A DNA stretch of 64,000 bases, taken from assembly GCA_048884785.1 (NCBI GenBank), contig JBHLQM010000005.1, forward strand, positions 9,272 to 73,271. The letters run 5' to 3'. Position 1 is the stretch's first letter. Every line of letters begins with the position of its first letter. The position numbers and the translations under genes are program-made. Below are positions 1-10,273 of this stretch, piece by piece. The notes beneath the pieces were generated by a model, which saw only the letters and a program-made list of their open reading frames with translations, was not told the origin of the DNA and searched no databases. This stretch comes from Candidatus Thorarchaeota archaeon (GTDB lineage: Archaea > Asgardarchaeota > Thorarchaeia > Thorarchaeales > Thorarchaeaceae).

Positions 1-2096
1 TCGCTGGTGTAAATGCATTCATAGACACCATGACAAGCGCAACAATGCCGATTGAATTCAAGATACTCGGATTTACTCCAGAACACTGGCGTCGACTGGA
101 TATCTTCATCTTTGCAAACATGATGACTTGGGGATTGTCGGGAGGCATATCGGACCTCTATTGGCAGTGGATAAGAACTACCTTGGATAATGACACGATG
201 TTTGATGAGCTGGTAGATACTGTAATGCCCTACACAGTTCCAATTATCCCTGAGCAATACAACCTGAGCATAGCTGAATATCCAGAGGCAAACGGAGGCT
301 ATCCTGCATCTCCAAATCCTGCTGCAGTTCTTAGTGATGTTGTGCTCGAAGAGGCAATAATACCCAAGGAGAAGTTGGACGCACTCATTGAGATTATGAA
401 TAATATTGTTATGCCATTCGGTAATTTCGAGTGGGTTGGAAGTAACAACTGGGTTGCCAGTGGCTCAAAGACGGATACTGGATTTCCAATTCTCTGCAAT
501 GACCCACACCTAGGTTTTCAGACACCAGGTCTCTGGTACGAAGCCCATTTGGTTGTGCCAGGAAAACTCGATGTAACAGGTGTAACCCTTCCCGGACTAC
601 CAGGAGTTATTCTAGGACACACAGATCATATGGCATGGGGATTCACTAATGTCGGAGCAGATGTACTAGATGTCTTCGTTGAGCAGCTGAATCCAAGCAA
701 TCCTGACCAGTACATGTATAATGGCGAATACAGGGATTTTGAGATCGTTGATGAAACTATTCACACACTAGAAGGAGTAGATATTCCGTTCGAGGTTAAA
801 GTATCTGTGCACGGACCTCTGATAGACTCTGTTACAAACACATACGATTTGGATTCAGAAAATAACCCGAATATTGCAATGAACTGGACAGGCAGCGCAA
901 TCTCACATCAAATTCTGGCAATAACGCTTCTGAATCAGGCCAAAAATCTTCAAGATTACTATGATGCTATATTCTGGTGGGATAGTCCTGCACAAAACAT
1001 AGTGTATGCCGATGATCAAGGGAACATCGCAATAACTGTTTGCGGTCGATTCCCGATTCGATCTGGCTATTCAGGGAAATATCCCGTTCAGGCACTTGAT
1101 GATTCCGTTGGAATGGTTAGCAACATTCCATACGCCTATATTCCTCGCAGTGTCAATCCTGCTCAAGGCTACCTTCAGTCAGCAAACCAGCTGTCTATTG
1201 ATCCATTGACATATGGATTTGATATCCATGGTCCGTTTGCTGATGGATATCGTGGGAGAAGGATTGACTACCTGTTAGCAAATGATAACAGCATAACAAT
1301 GGACGATATGAAGCGGTTCCAAGCAGATGCCTTGGAAGTTCGCGCTCAAGAAATAGTACCACTAGTAGTTGAAGCATGGAATAATGCTGGGGATTCAAAC
1401 ACTACCATGGAAGAAATCGTTGGTTGGCTTGATGACTGGAACTATGTCATGGAAACAGACATTCCAGCACCAAGTGTATGGATGTTCCTCAGAGATGCCA
1501 TTCACTACGAAGTATTCGATGAAATACGTTCCATCGATGATCGACTGCCTCTCTCTCGAACTCCAATTTTGGAGAAAATTCTGAGAGAGAATAATGAATA
1601 CTACATCGATGACCATACAACATCATCTTCTGTTGAATCCAGAGATGAGATTCTTGTTAGGGCCCTGTATCGTGCAGTTGATGCCATTGCCAATGATCCT
1701 GTCTTTGGCAGCGATATGGCAAATTGGAATTACGGGAATAAGCATGTTGTGTACTATGATCATCTCGCAGATCTGATTTCAGTTGGAGGAATTCCTCATA
1801 GGGGTCAGAATACTCTTGCGAATGCCGGTGGATGGAGAGTTACTAGCGGACCATCCTGGAGGCTAGTAGCTGACATGAGTAACATACAGAACTCTTTTGG
1901 TGTATACTCCCCCGGACAGAGTGGAAATCCATTCAGCAACCACTTCAGGGACCTATTTGACATTCAATATAGCTTCGATGAGGTGTCTCAGCAGTATGGG
2001 TATCATAGTATCTACTTCTATTCCACGGCCGCCTTGTTCAGAGCAGCTGATGCCGAAGGAACGATGATTGAAAGCACCATTACATTTGTGCCATAG
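1..2096 (+). CDS. Penicillin acylase family (peptidase S45, Ntn hydrolase); 5'-truncated by window edge
   Basis: GSNNW beta-chain nucleophile motif, NDPHL, WYEAHL, GFTN, SANQ. The frame is open upstream of 30 (AGVNAFIDT), so the true start lies before the window. Confidence 0.9.
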   Translation, partial: AGVNAFIDTMTSATMPIEFKILGFTPEHWRRLDIFIFANMMTWGLSGGISDLYWQWIRTTLDNDTMFDELVDTVMPYTVPIIPEQYNLSIAEYPEANGGYPASPNPAAVLSDVVLEEAIIPKEKLDALIEIMNNIVMPFGNFEWVGSNNWVASGSKTDTGFPILCNDPHLGFQTPGLWYEAHLVVPGKLDVTGVTLPGLPGVILGHTDHMAWGFTNVGADVLDVFVEQLNPSNPDQYMYNGEYRDFEIVDETIHTLEGVDIPFEVKVSVHGPLIDSVTNTYDLDSENNPNIAMNWTGSAISHQILAITLLNQAKNLQDYYDAIFWWDSPAQNIVYADDQGNIAITVCGRFPIRSGYSGKYPVQALDDSVGMVSNIPYAYIPRSVNPAQGYLQSANQLSIDPLTYGFDIHGPFADGYRGRRIDYLLANDNSITMDDMKRFQADALEVRAQEIVPLVVEAWNNAGDSNTTMEEIVGWLDDWNYVMETDIPAPSVWMFLRDAIHYEVFDEIRSIDDRLPLSRTPILEKILRENNEYYIDDHTTSSSVESRDEILVRALYRAVDAIANDPVFGSDMANWNYGNKHVVYYDHLADLISVGGIPHRGQNTLANAGGWRVTSGPSWRLVADMSNIQNSFGVYSPGQSGNPFSNHFRDLFDIQYSFDEVSQQYGYHSIYFYSTAALFRAADAEGTMIESTITFVP

Positions 2097-2107
2097 GAGG
2101 AAATGAA

Positions 2108-2554
2108 ATGCCAAAGATTGATGATATATTTCCGGATGTGGGAATACTCCCTGCGATGATTATTGTTGTAGTCATAGGAATCGCTTTGCAGTTAAGTGGA
2201 GCATGGATCACAATGATTATCGCTGGTGCGTTCGGAGGACTCTTCACAAGACGTCATCGAAGCTCGTTCTTTGCGGGATTCCTTGGTGTAGCAATAGCAT
2301 GGACTATCTTGTTCATCTATCTCATTATGACGGCACAGGCGCTAGCAATTGCTGAGTTCTTTATTGGGCTTTTAGGAATATCTGGAGGGTTCATTGTAAT
2401 TGTCATTAGCATCATCCTGGGTGCTCTTCTTGGTGGCTTTGGAGGCCTTCTTGGAAGATCGCTTGTTGAACTATTGGATGAATTCCTGACAAGAGACAGT
2501 GATAGAAAGCAACTCTCTGCAGAATCTAGTAAAGGTGCTTCCACAACAGAATAG
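2108..2554 (+). CDS. Small membrane protein (Gly-rich TM helices, DUF5518-like)
   Basis: About 4 hydrophobic helices with GxxGG motifs; GGAGG SD just after the upstream stop. Confidence 0.7.
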   Translation: MPKIDDIFPDVGILPAMIIVVVIGIALQLSGAWITMIIAGAFGGLFTRRHRSSFFAGFLGVAIAWTILFIYLIMTAQALAIAEFFIGLLGISGGFIVIVISIILGALLGGFGGLLGRSLVELLDEFLTRDSDRKQLSAESSKGASTTE

Positions 2555-2596
2555 GAATTGGCAAAAATGATGACTGTGGCGATCGATGCCACAGCA

Positions 2597-3175
2597 TCAT
2601 GCATTTTTCCTGATTCTTCTAACAGCAATAAACACGAAAGAGACGGTACTGACACTCACCAATAGTATCAGTATGATAAATGAGACATTCAGCTGTCCTT
2701 CGTTTTGAAGTATCGATGCGCGAATCTGTTTCCCATAGACAGATGAGTCGTTGTCAAAAATGACATACCATTGTCCCGAGTAGGGAATTTCAACATGCCA
2801 TGAGAGACTTGTAACATCACTGGCACAATATAGCGGAGTGCAGTTCTCTCCAGCAAGCAGCAAATCCATATTGGTCTGATCTGATACATAGAAGTCCACT
2901 CCCGCCCCCCAGCCAACCCATAAATCATATTTCTGCTGGTCGCCATAGTACAGGTCTCCGTCAATTGCTACTGTGAAAGAACCAGTCAATGTGTCACCTG
3001 ACTGGCAAGTGCACATTAGAATCTTGGTCGACAAAGGAAAAAGCCAAAACTCGTAGGAAACCGTATCAATATCCGATATCTCATCCGACTGAACTAATCC
3101 ATATACCGGCATTATTAGTAATAGGGCAATTATTCCTTCGAGTAATACGCGCTTTACCAAAAGCATTTCTGTCAA
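2597..3175 (-). CDS. Type I membrane protein with GOLD/emp24-like beta-sandwich
   Basis: N-terminal signal peptide, GDTLTGSFTV...VDFYV...IPYSGQWYVIFDNDSS..K, C-terminal TM helix and short basic tail. Confidence 0.55.
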   Translation of the reverse strand: MTEMLLVKRVLLEGIIALLLIMPVYGLVQSDEISDIDTVSYEFWLFPLSTKILMCTCQSGDTLTGSFTVAIDGDLYYGDQQKYDLWVGWGAGVDFYVSDQTNMDLLLAGENCTPLYCASDVTSLSWHVEIPYSGQWYVIFDNDSSVYGKQIRASILQNEGQLNVSFIILILLVSVSTVSFVFIAVRRIRKNA

Positions 3176-3292
3176 TGAATAATTCGCCTCATTTACTCAT
3201 ATGTTTTGTGAACGAAGGCTTTCTGACAAATCACATAAGGTAGAGCTTTTATTGCCTGCCTGCAGGAACTAGAACTATAATTCAGGACAGGA

Positions 3293-4483
3293 ATGAAAAT
3301 GCATCGCGAGATAACTAAAGGAGTCTACTATGTCGGAGTTGATGACCATCACACAGATCTATTTGAGAACTTGTGGAAACTCCCCTTTGGCGTGAGCTAT
3401 AACAGCTACTTGATAGTAGATGAGAAGATTGCCATTGTTGAAACAGTCAAGGGGCCTTGGGCAGAGGAATGGCTTGATAATATACGAGAGATTGTTGACC
3501 CTTCTAATATCGATTACATTATACTAAATCACATGGAACCAGACCATACGGGATCGCTGCCGGATTTATCTAAGATTGTCCCTAATGCCACTATTGTCTA
3601 TACTCCCTTTGCATCCAAAATGAGATATTCATTCTATGATGTTCCGAATCCAGAAAAGACTGTTGAGGACCTTGAAGAAATCTCTCTTGGAGGAAAGACT
3701 CTCAAATTCATTCATGCGAAATTCCTTCACTGGCCTGAAACAATGATGACATATCTTGTAGAAGATGAGATTCTCCTTTCTTGTGATGCATTTGGAGCAT
3801 TTGGAGCCCTCAATGGAAAAATATTCGATGATGAAGCAAACATGGAACTCGTTGAGAAGGAAAGCTGGCGATATGTTTCATCAATTATCACAAGTTACTT
3901 CAAGTTCGTGCAGGCAGGAATAAAGAAGGTTCAGGAACTCGGCATTGGCATCAAGGTAATTGGTCCGAGTCATGGACCGGTTTATCGCAAGGATCCCTTG
4001 TGGATTGTTCAAAAGTATGCAGAATGGAGCAGTCCGGAGCTCGAGAAATATTGTACCATCGTCTATGGCACAATGTACGGATTCACCCACAGAGCCGCAA
4101 TGATGCTGAAAAAAGAGCTGATTGAACTGGGAGTTCAAGTAAAACTTCACAATGTGTCCTATAGCGAAATGAGCAAGATAATCACAGATTCCGTTCGTGC
4201 TGGAGTTCTTGTCATTGGCACACCAACCTATGATGCATTTCCGTATCCAAAAGTATGGGCTTTCGTTAATGAAGTTGAGGGCAAAAGGTTTCCAAAACGA
4301 CCAATCGGTCTTTTCGGGACATATGGTTGGGGTGGCGGTGGAGTAAAGAAATTGCGAGAGCAACTGGAGAACAGCAACTACGATATCATTGAACCAGTTG
4401 TTAGGGTTCATGGAAAAGCACGAGAGGACGAACTTGGTTTAATCAGGAATCTTGCCAAAGCCATTGCAGATATTCTGAAATAG
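3293..4483 (+). CDS. fprA: Flavodiiron protein (FprA/A-type flavoprotein; O2/NO reductase)
   Basis: GVSYNSYLI, NHMEPDH, LHWPE, SCDAFG, PSHG metallo-beta-lactamase ligands followed by a flavodoxin domain (TMYG, FGTYGWGG). Confidence 0.93.
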   Translation: MKMHREITKGVYYVGVDDHHTDLFENLWKLPFGVSYNSYLIVDEKIAIVETVKGPWAEEWLDNIREIVDPSNIDYIILNHMEPDHTGSLPDLSKIVPNATIVYTPFASKMRYSFYDVPNPEKTVEDLEEISLGGKTLKFIHAKFLHWPETMMTYLVEDEILLSCDAFGAFGALNGKIFDDEANMELVEKESWRYVSSIITSYFKFVQAGIKKVQELGIGIKVIGPSHGPVYRKDPLWIVQKYAEWSSPELEKYCTIVYGTMYGFTHRAAMMLKKELIELGVQVKLHNVSYSEMSKIITDSVRAGVLVIGTPTYDAFPYPKVWAFVNEVEGKRFPKRPIGLFGTYGWGGGGVKKLREQLENSNYDIIEPVVRVHGKAREDELGLIRNLAKAIADILK

Positions 4484-4494
4484 AAACATAGAGG

Positions 4495-5058
4495 ATGAAA
4501 ACTATGGCTAAAACTGCCGATCCATACTCCCGAGAAGACGAACTAGAAATGGAAATGTATTCTTGGAGTAGAAGCGATGACATAAAGGAAACATTGCACA
4601 CTCTCATCTCACACCATCCACCATCACTCTATTCTCATTGTCTACGTGTTTCATTCCTTGGTCGGTCTATTTACTTCTGCAGTAGATGCAGTGGTATCTA
4701 CGGAGGTATGGGAATTGGTGTACTGGCAATCTTCCTCTTGCAGGTGTCTATGCGGCCATCATGGCTTTGGTTTATGCTGGCATTGGTACTAGGGTTCTCA
4801 ACAGTTGTAGATTGGATGAGTCAGAGGCTTTCACCAAGAAAAACACGAAATTCCGTTCGTTTTATAACAGGCTTTCTATCTGGTGTTGGGCTTGCTATTG
4901 TCTTTCTACTCGCAGACCTGCTCTACATGCTAATAACTTTGGGAATCATGGTTGCAGCTGTGGGGATTGTTGGTTTGTTGGAAAGCAAACTCCGCCCGCC
5001 GGCCGCCAATGCTTTGGTCGATGCATCTGAGGATGAAATCAACAAAGAAACCAAGTAG
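4495..5058 (+). CDS. DUF2085-family membrane protein
   Basis: CSRCSGIYGG motif, DW.SQ, N..R..TG..G pattern, 4 TM helices. Confidence 0.75.
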   Translation: MKTMAKTADPYSREDELEMEMYSWSRSDDIKETLHTLISHHPPSLYSHCLRVSFLGRSIYFCSRCSGIYGGMGIGVLAIFLLQVSMRPSWLWFMLALVLGFSTVVDWMSQRLSPRKTRNSVRFITGFLSGVGLAIVFLLADLLYMLITLGIMVAAVGIVGLLESKLRPPAANALVDASEDEINKETK

Positions 5059-5111
5059 GGGCACATCGCGGCATAGCAAAGGGTTTTAATCTATCTGAAT
5101 GTTCGTGCCAA

Positions 5112-6260
5112 ATGGTGAATGATATGATTCCCTTCGCCAAACCTATTATTGACCGAGAAGAACAAGAGGCCGTTCAGGCAGTTCTAGAGTCAGGAATGCT
5201 TGCAGAGGGCAAGATATCTCGAGAATTTGAGAAGGAATTTGCAGATTTTGTTGGAACAAAATTTGCCACTGTTACATCAAATGGAACAACTGCCCTCAGT
5301 ACTGCTTTGGATGCAATGGGAATTCAGCCTGGTGATGAAGTAGTTACATCTCCATTCACATTCATTGCTTCCGCAAATACAATCGCAATGCAGGGTGCAA
5401 TTCCAATTTTCGTTGACGTGGATTTATCTACGTATAACATAGACCCTCACAAGATTGAAGCCGCAATCACCGAGAAGACCCGCGCAATCATGCCAATTCA
5501 CATCTTTGGTTTACCAAGTGATATGAAGCATATAATGGAGATTGCGGAAAAACATGATCTAATGGTAATAGAGGATGCATGTCAGGCACATGGAGCCAAA
5601 GTTGGGAACAGATTTGTAGGGTCAATTGGACATGTTGGCGCATTCTCATTCTATGCCACCAAAAACATGATGACTGGCGAAGGAGGCATGATAACGACAA
5701 ACGACGAGGAAATTCTTGACCGAGCGCTAATGATTAAGAACCATGGAAGAGGCAAGGGCGGAGGTTATAGCCACTTTCAGATTGGGTACAACAATAGAAT
5801 GATGGATATTGTTTCAGCGCTTGGGCGAGTTCAGCTAAAGAGGCTTCCTAGCTCCACTATGATTCGAAGGAAGAACGCGGAGAGGTACAATAAAATATTC
5901 TCCGAATTTGAAGACGTGACTCCTCAGAAAGAGCCAGAAGGAATCATGTCATCCTATCATGTGTATGCACCTAGAATAAAATCAAATAGAATAAACAGAG
6001 ATGAAATGATCAATAGACTCAAAGAGCAAAATATTGGCGCAAGGACAGTATACGCGTTGCCTTGCCACAAGCAGGAAACCTACCTCAGTATTAAGAATTG
6101 GCGCTGGGCAAAGTTCGTTGAGTACCCCGACTATTCAAAGGTCAGCTTGCCTATTTCAGAAGAGGTTGGTGCAACGCATTTTGATATCCCTGTTCATCCA
6201 AGCCTCACCCAACAGGAGTTAGATCATATTGAAAGCGCTATCCGGTCAATCCTCTCCTGA
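5112..6260 (+). CDS. DegT/DnrJ/EryC1/StrS family PLP-dependent sugar aminotransferase
   Basis: SNGTTAL, EDACQAHGA, FSFYATKNMMTGEGG (PLP Lys), GYNNRM. Confidence 0.93.
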   Translation: MVNDMIPFAKPIIDREEQEAVQAVLESGMLAEGKISREFEKEFADFVGTKFATVTSNGTTALSTALDAMGIQPGDEVVTSPFTFIASANTIAMQGAIPIFVDVDLSTYNIDPHKIEAAITEKTRAIMPIHIFGLPSDMKHIMEIAEKHDLMVIEDACQAHGAKVGNRFVGSIGHVGAFSFYATKNMMTGEGGMITTNDEEILDRALMIKNHGRGKGGGYSHFQIGYNNRMMDIVSALGRVQLKRLPSSTMIRRKNAERYNKIFSEFEDVTPQKEPEGIMSSYHVYAPRIKSNRINRDEMINRLKEQNIGARTVYALPCHKQETYLSIKNWRWAKFVEYPDYSKVSLPISEEVGATHFDIPVHPSLTQQELDHIESAIRSILS

Positions 6261-6460
6261 ATGTCTGGCGAATTTAGAACCTGAGGCACCGCTTTGGACT
6301 AAAAGTCCTGCTCAATAGCATATGTTGTTTCGGTGTAGAGTGCAACTCGATTTCCATTGAAATGAATGGTATGCAGCCTTTAGTAAACTAGTAGTCCATT
6401 CTTTGTTAGAGCAATATAAGAGAAAACATCATAACAGCATTATCAACTCAGAACTCTGAG

Positions 6461-7591
6461 ATGAGATCACTTCCAAATATCAAGCCTAGCAAAGGTACGG
6501 CCTCCAAAGACAAGAAAACCACTGAGTTTACTCTTGGTAGGACTCAACGGAACATCCTTGAAAAGTTGCTAGTTATTTGTGGACGTTTGGAAAGTAGTGA
6601 CATAGGGATTATAGAACGGAAAGCCAATGAACTCAATGTGGATTTTGTGCGAGAAAAGCGCAATTCCTGGATTTTTATTCAACAGACAATTAGGGAGCGC
6701 TTTGATCCAGGGCGTCATGAAGGCATTCTCCTAATTGGATCAAACAAGGAATTGCCTGGCACTCAGATTAGCTATGAAGGCGCCTTTGCATATACGGATT
6801 GGTTTTTTCAAGATGTTGATGGGGATGATTTACCTGATACGCCTGTCGGACGTATCTTTGGACCATTGGAAACAATTCTATATCATCTGGACCCTCGAAT
6901 TATTGACAGCAATATAGCAGTAATATTTGACTCGCAACCAGGAAGGTCAATGAGGCATGTTGAAGGACTCACAAAATTGGGTTTTAACGTTGAGATTCTG
7001 AAGGAATTCTCGCAAAAATACGCTAACCTACTGAGTGTGAGCGAGTTTATTCTTCAATTCTCAGATGGCGTGTTCAGTTCCAGAATACACGGAACTCCTG
7101 AAAAATGGGCAAGTCATAATTCAGATATTTTAACAAGTGTTCAAACCGAACAGATTCAGTTTGAAGGATATCCTGTAGTATATTCCGAGGCTTGCAGTAC
7201 TGCCCAAGAAGGTCCATTACTCAAAGCCTTCCTAAATCAAGGAGCCGCTTACATTGGAGCAACTCTTGATACTTTGAACAATGTTGAACCATTCGATGAA
7301 TGGCAAAGCTGCGCATATGCAGACGGCTGGAAATTTGGTTTCCTTGATTTACTTGATAGTCGAGATACAATTGGACAAGTCAAAATTGGTGTAGATAGAG
7401 AAATCACTGCAAACCTCGGACCAGGACCAGCTGCAGAAATTAATGCAATCAGGCGTGGTGATACATCTGTTCTCCGAGCTGATGAGGCCGTTTCGACAAT
7501 TGAGTGGGTTCTTTTTGGTAATCCCATGCGAAGAAGCACCGTTGGTCCAAATGCAGATTATTCACCAGGGCGACTTATGGTTGATACGTAG
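6461..7591 (+). CDS. Peptidase C25 (gingipain)-like protein, no signal peptide
   Basis: LLIGS...LP, TDWFFQDVDGDDLPDTPVGR, IHG (His), SEACS (Cys), GAAYIGAT, WVLFGNP. Confidence 0.6.
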   Translation: MRSLPNIKPSKGTASKDKKTTEFTLGRTQRNILEKLLVICGRLESSDIGIIERKANELNVDFVREKRNSWIFIQQTIRERFDPGRHEGILLIGSNKELPGTQISYEGAFAYTDWFFQDVDGDDLPDTPVGRIFGPLETILYHLDPRIIDSNIAVIFDSQPGRSMRHVEGLTKLGFNVEILKEFSQKYANLLSVSEFILQFSDGVFSSRIHGTPEKWASHNSDILTSVQTEQIQFEGYPVVYSEACSTAQEGPLLKAFLNQGAAYIGATLDTLNNVEPFDEWQSCAYADGWKFGFLDLLDSRDTIGQVKIGVDREITANLGPGPAAEINAIRRGDTSVLRADEAVSTIEWVLFGNPMRRSTVGPNADYSPGRLMVDT

Positions 7592-7592
7592 C

Positions 7593-7994
7593 TTACTCAA
7601 TCCGGATTCGTTTTCCCAGCAATCCACCAACATATCCTCCAAAGAATCCGACTGCGCTGAGAATTAGGCCAGATACTACAAGCTGCAAATAGAACCACGA
7701 AAGATTTTCATAAATTTCAGCCAGCGTTGCTTGCCCTGACGAAACTAACGAATCGATTATAGCTGGAGCAATAAGTAAAAGCATAGGCAGAAATGAAACC
7801 AGCGAACCTGCAAACGAGGCTAATGCACCTTCTTTTGATTTTTTTATCAGATAGCCTATAATAATTCCAGATACAAAGGGTGTAAAGATGTAAAGCAAGA
7901 AGTAAAGGCCCACATTTAGGAGTGCAGCGGCAATCACGATACCAAAAATGAAGATTCGGTTTGCTTTCTCATTTGGAATCTTTACTTCATTCAT
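7593..7994 (-). CDS. Small membrane protein (DUF5518-like)
   Basis: 4 TM helices, PFVSGIIIGY and GFFGGYVGG motifs; start refined to MNEVK. Confidence 0.7.
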   Translation of the reverse strand: MNEVKIPNEKANRIFIFGIVIAAALLNVGLYFLLYIFTPFVSGIIIGYLIKKSKEGALASFAGSLVSFLPMLLLIAPAIIDSLVSSGQATLAEIYENLSWFYLQLVVSGLILSAVGFFGGYVGGLLGKRIRIE

Positions 7995-8105
7995 GGTTTG
8001 CACTAAATTTATCGAAATCATACGCAATTTAACAATGCCTATTGAACATAATCGCATGTGTTTTGAGATGGTTTTTATTTCATTATGACAAGGAACGGAT
8101 GTTTG

Positions 8106-8996
8106 ATGGAAGCAATATTAGAAGTCCCTGCTCATTACGATCTTATGGCATCGGTCCACTCATGGGTCTATCCAGATATTCAACCTGTTCCAGAAACGAC
8201 ACGGGATAGTGCATTCTCACGAGTGTTCACCATTGGAAATGATTCAATCGCAATCTGCCTAGAGCAAAGCAAACCAGGCGAACCGATCCGAGTACTAACC
8301 AACAGAAACAACATCTCAGTGAAAAGTGTGGTGTCGAAATTACGTTGGATTCTAAATTTGAATCTCAATTTAGAACCAGTTTTGAGAGTCTTTGAAAAAG
8401 ACCCTGTATTAGAACGCATACACAATTCTATCAGAGGAGTTAGACCGTATCTTGCGGACACTCCATATGAAGCTCTTATCAAGTCAATAATACAGCAGCA
8501 AATTTCGTATAAAGCAGCAAACGTGATTACAAAAAAGTTAGTGCTTGGCCTTGGAGAAATATTTGAAAACCACGAAACTCAATACCAATTTCCTAGTGCA
8601 GAACGCATAGTCACTGCAGGCAAAAGCGCGCTTCGATCATATGGACTAGGATATAAGACGGACTATCTCTATGACATCTGTGAGTTAATAGAAAAGGATG
8701 AACTACAGATCCAGGCATTGGTCGGTTTGCCCTATCAAGATGTATATGAGCAACTCATCCCGTTGCGAGGTATTGGGGAGTGGACAATTCAGGCACTGGC
8801 GATAGCAGGGTTGGGAAATTTCACAGTCTTTCCATATTCAGATTTAGCCGTTCAGAAAGCATTGGGACGTCTGTTTTCATTTGGTAAGAGATTTTCAAAG
8901 AATGAAGTTATCACCTTGTCCAACTCGATTGGAGAAAATGGTCCTCTTGTCCTTTACTTGATAATGTGTGCCGAGGTTCTTGGTTTCATAGGCTAG
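8106..8996 (+). CDS. alkA: DNA-3-methyladenine glycosylase II / HhH-GPD family
   Basis: EALIKSIIQQQIS, FPSAE, GLGYK, LRGIGEWT HhH motif, FPYSD catalytic Asp. Confidence 0.85.
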   Translation: MEAILEVPAHYDLMASVHSWVYPDIQPVPETTRDSAFSRVFTIGNDSIAICLEQSKPGEPIRVLTNRNNISVKSVVSKLRWILNLNLNLEPVLRVFEKDPVLERIHNSIRGVRPYLADTPYEALIKSIIQQQISYKAANVITKKLVLGLGEIFENHETQYQFPSAERIVTAGKSALRSYGLGYKTDYLYDICELIEKDELQIQALVGLPYQDVYEQLIPLRGIGEWTIQALAIAGLGNFTVFPYSDLAVQKALGRLFSFGKRFSKNEVITLSNSIGENGPLVLYLIMCAEVLGFIG

Positions 8997-9063
8997 AGAA
9001 GACATCAAGAAATCCATAAAAGGTGAGATTTCACAAACAGATTTGATGAATAGGTGAGCATGA

Positions 9064-10206
9064 TTGGCAGCGATTGGGAAGAAGAACAACAAGATCTGGC
9101 GAATATGGTCCATGTTTCTAAAAGAACTCCAACTGATTCGCAAAGATAAGTTCGCACTTCTTCTTGTCTTCGCATTACCATTGATGATTATGGGCACAAT
9201 GTATATTGCGATTAATCAGGGCACCTTTCAGAATCCGGGAGCGAATACCAGTGCACTTGTAGTTGGCGTAGTTGATGCAGATCCAACTGATACTTTTCCT
9301 GAGCAAGATCTTTCTGCAAACTTCACGTGGTATTTGACACAGAGTGACGATTTCATTGTGATTATCTATGATGATGAGGTAGATGCACGGCTGGCATTGT
9401 ATCAAGACACTGTCAAAGCCTATGCGGTCATTCCCTATGGATTTGAGGGAAACATCACTGGTGATATACCAGCATTTGTAGACATTCATATTAGCAGTAC
9501 GGATTTTGAGAGCCAGGCTAGTGTGTTTGGTGCGTTTTCAAGAGTTGTAAATGATTTTAGATATGATCATGGGTGGATAAAGGGTGAGATAAAGTACGTT
9601 CGAGTTGGAGAATTTCAGCCACAAGGCAATCGAACTGCTGCGACTTTTGGAGTGTTTATGATTGTGTTTTCTGTATTCATCGCAGTTTCGGCAACTGCAG
9701 CTCAAGCAATTGTTGGTGATGTCCCTCTTAACAGAATGCTTCTGACACCCGCCACAAAAATGGAGGCAATTCTGGCGAAAACTCTGGGATATTTCGTTGT
9801 GGGCCTCATTCAGGCAATTTTCCTGCTTGCATTATGGATTGGATTGTTTTCGATAGTTCCGAACACGAGCATTTTTGTTCTTCTATTCATCCTCATGTTG
9901 ATGGCGATATCTGGATCGGCACTAGGAGTTCTCATTTCAACAGTAGTTAGTACTCGACTCCAAGCGAATCAATCGTTCCTATTCCTTTTATTTGGTTCAC
10001 TCATTGTTGGGACAGGATTCATGGACGTTGGAATACTTGATGAACTCTACCCTTTGAATTTAGGCCGCGTTATGATGATTGATACAGCATTCAAGGGAGT
10101 CGATATTGGTCTTTTTACCCGAGAGATTGGATTAATCCTCTTTATGTCATTGGTCTTCATCATGATAGCATATGGAATATACGTAAGAAGAACAACGTTA
10201 GCGTAA
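9064..10206 (+). CDS. ABC-2 type transporter permease (YhhJ/YbhS-like)
   Basis: KEL..I.KDK N-terminus, extracellular loop, LLTP...AK motif, about 6 TM helices. Confidence 0.85.
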   Translation: MAAIGKKNNKIWRIWSMFLKELQLIRKDKFALLLVFALPLMIMGTMYIAINQGTFQNPGANTSALVVGVVDADPTDTFPEQDLSANFTWYLTQSDDFIVIIYDDEVDARLALYQDTVKAYAVIPYGFEGNITGDIPAFVDIHISSTDFESQASVFGAFSRVVNDFRYDHGWIKGEIKYVRVGEFQPQGNRTAATFGVFMIVFSVFIAVSATAAQAIVGDVPLNRMLLTPATKMEAILAKTLGYFVVGLIQAIFLLALWIGLFSIVPNTSIFVLLFILMLMAISGSALGVLISTVVSTRLQANQSFLFLLFGSLIVGTGFMDVGILDELYPLNLGRVMMIDTAFKGVDIGLFTREIGLILFMSLVFIMIAYGIYVRRTTLA

Positions 10207-10273
10207 GGGTATATTTGGCAACAGCAATAAGGGTTGAATCCCTTTGATTATCACCTATACGGTGGTTTTACTC

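Noticed and set aside
6280-6350. tRNA-like cloverleaf in the degT-C25 spacer
   Set aside because: Only short hairpins (GGACT/AGTCC, TGCT/AGCA); no T-loop or D-loop consensus.
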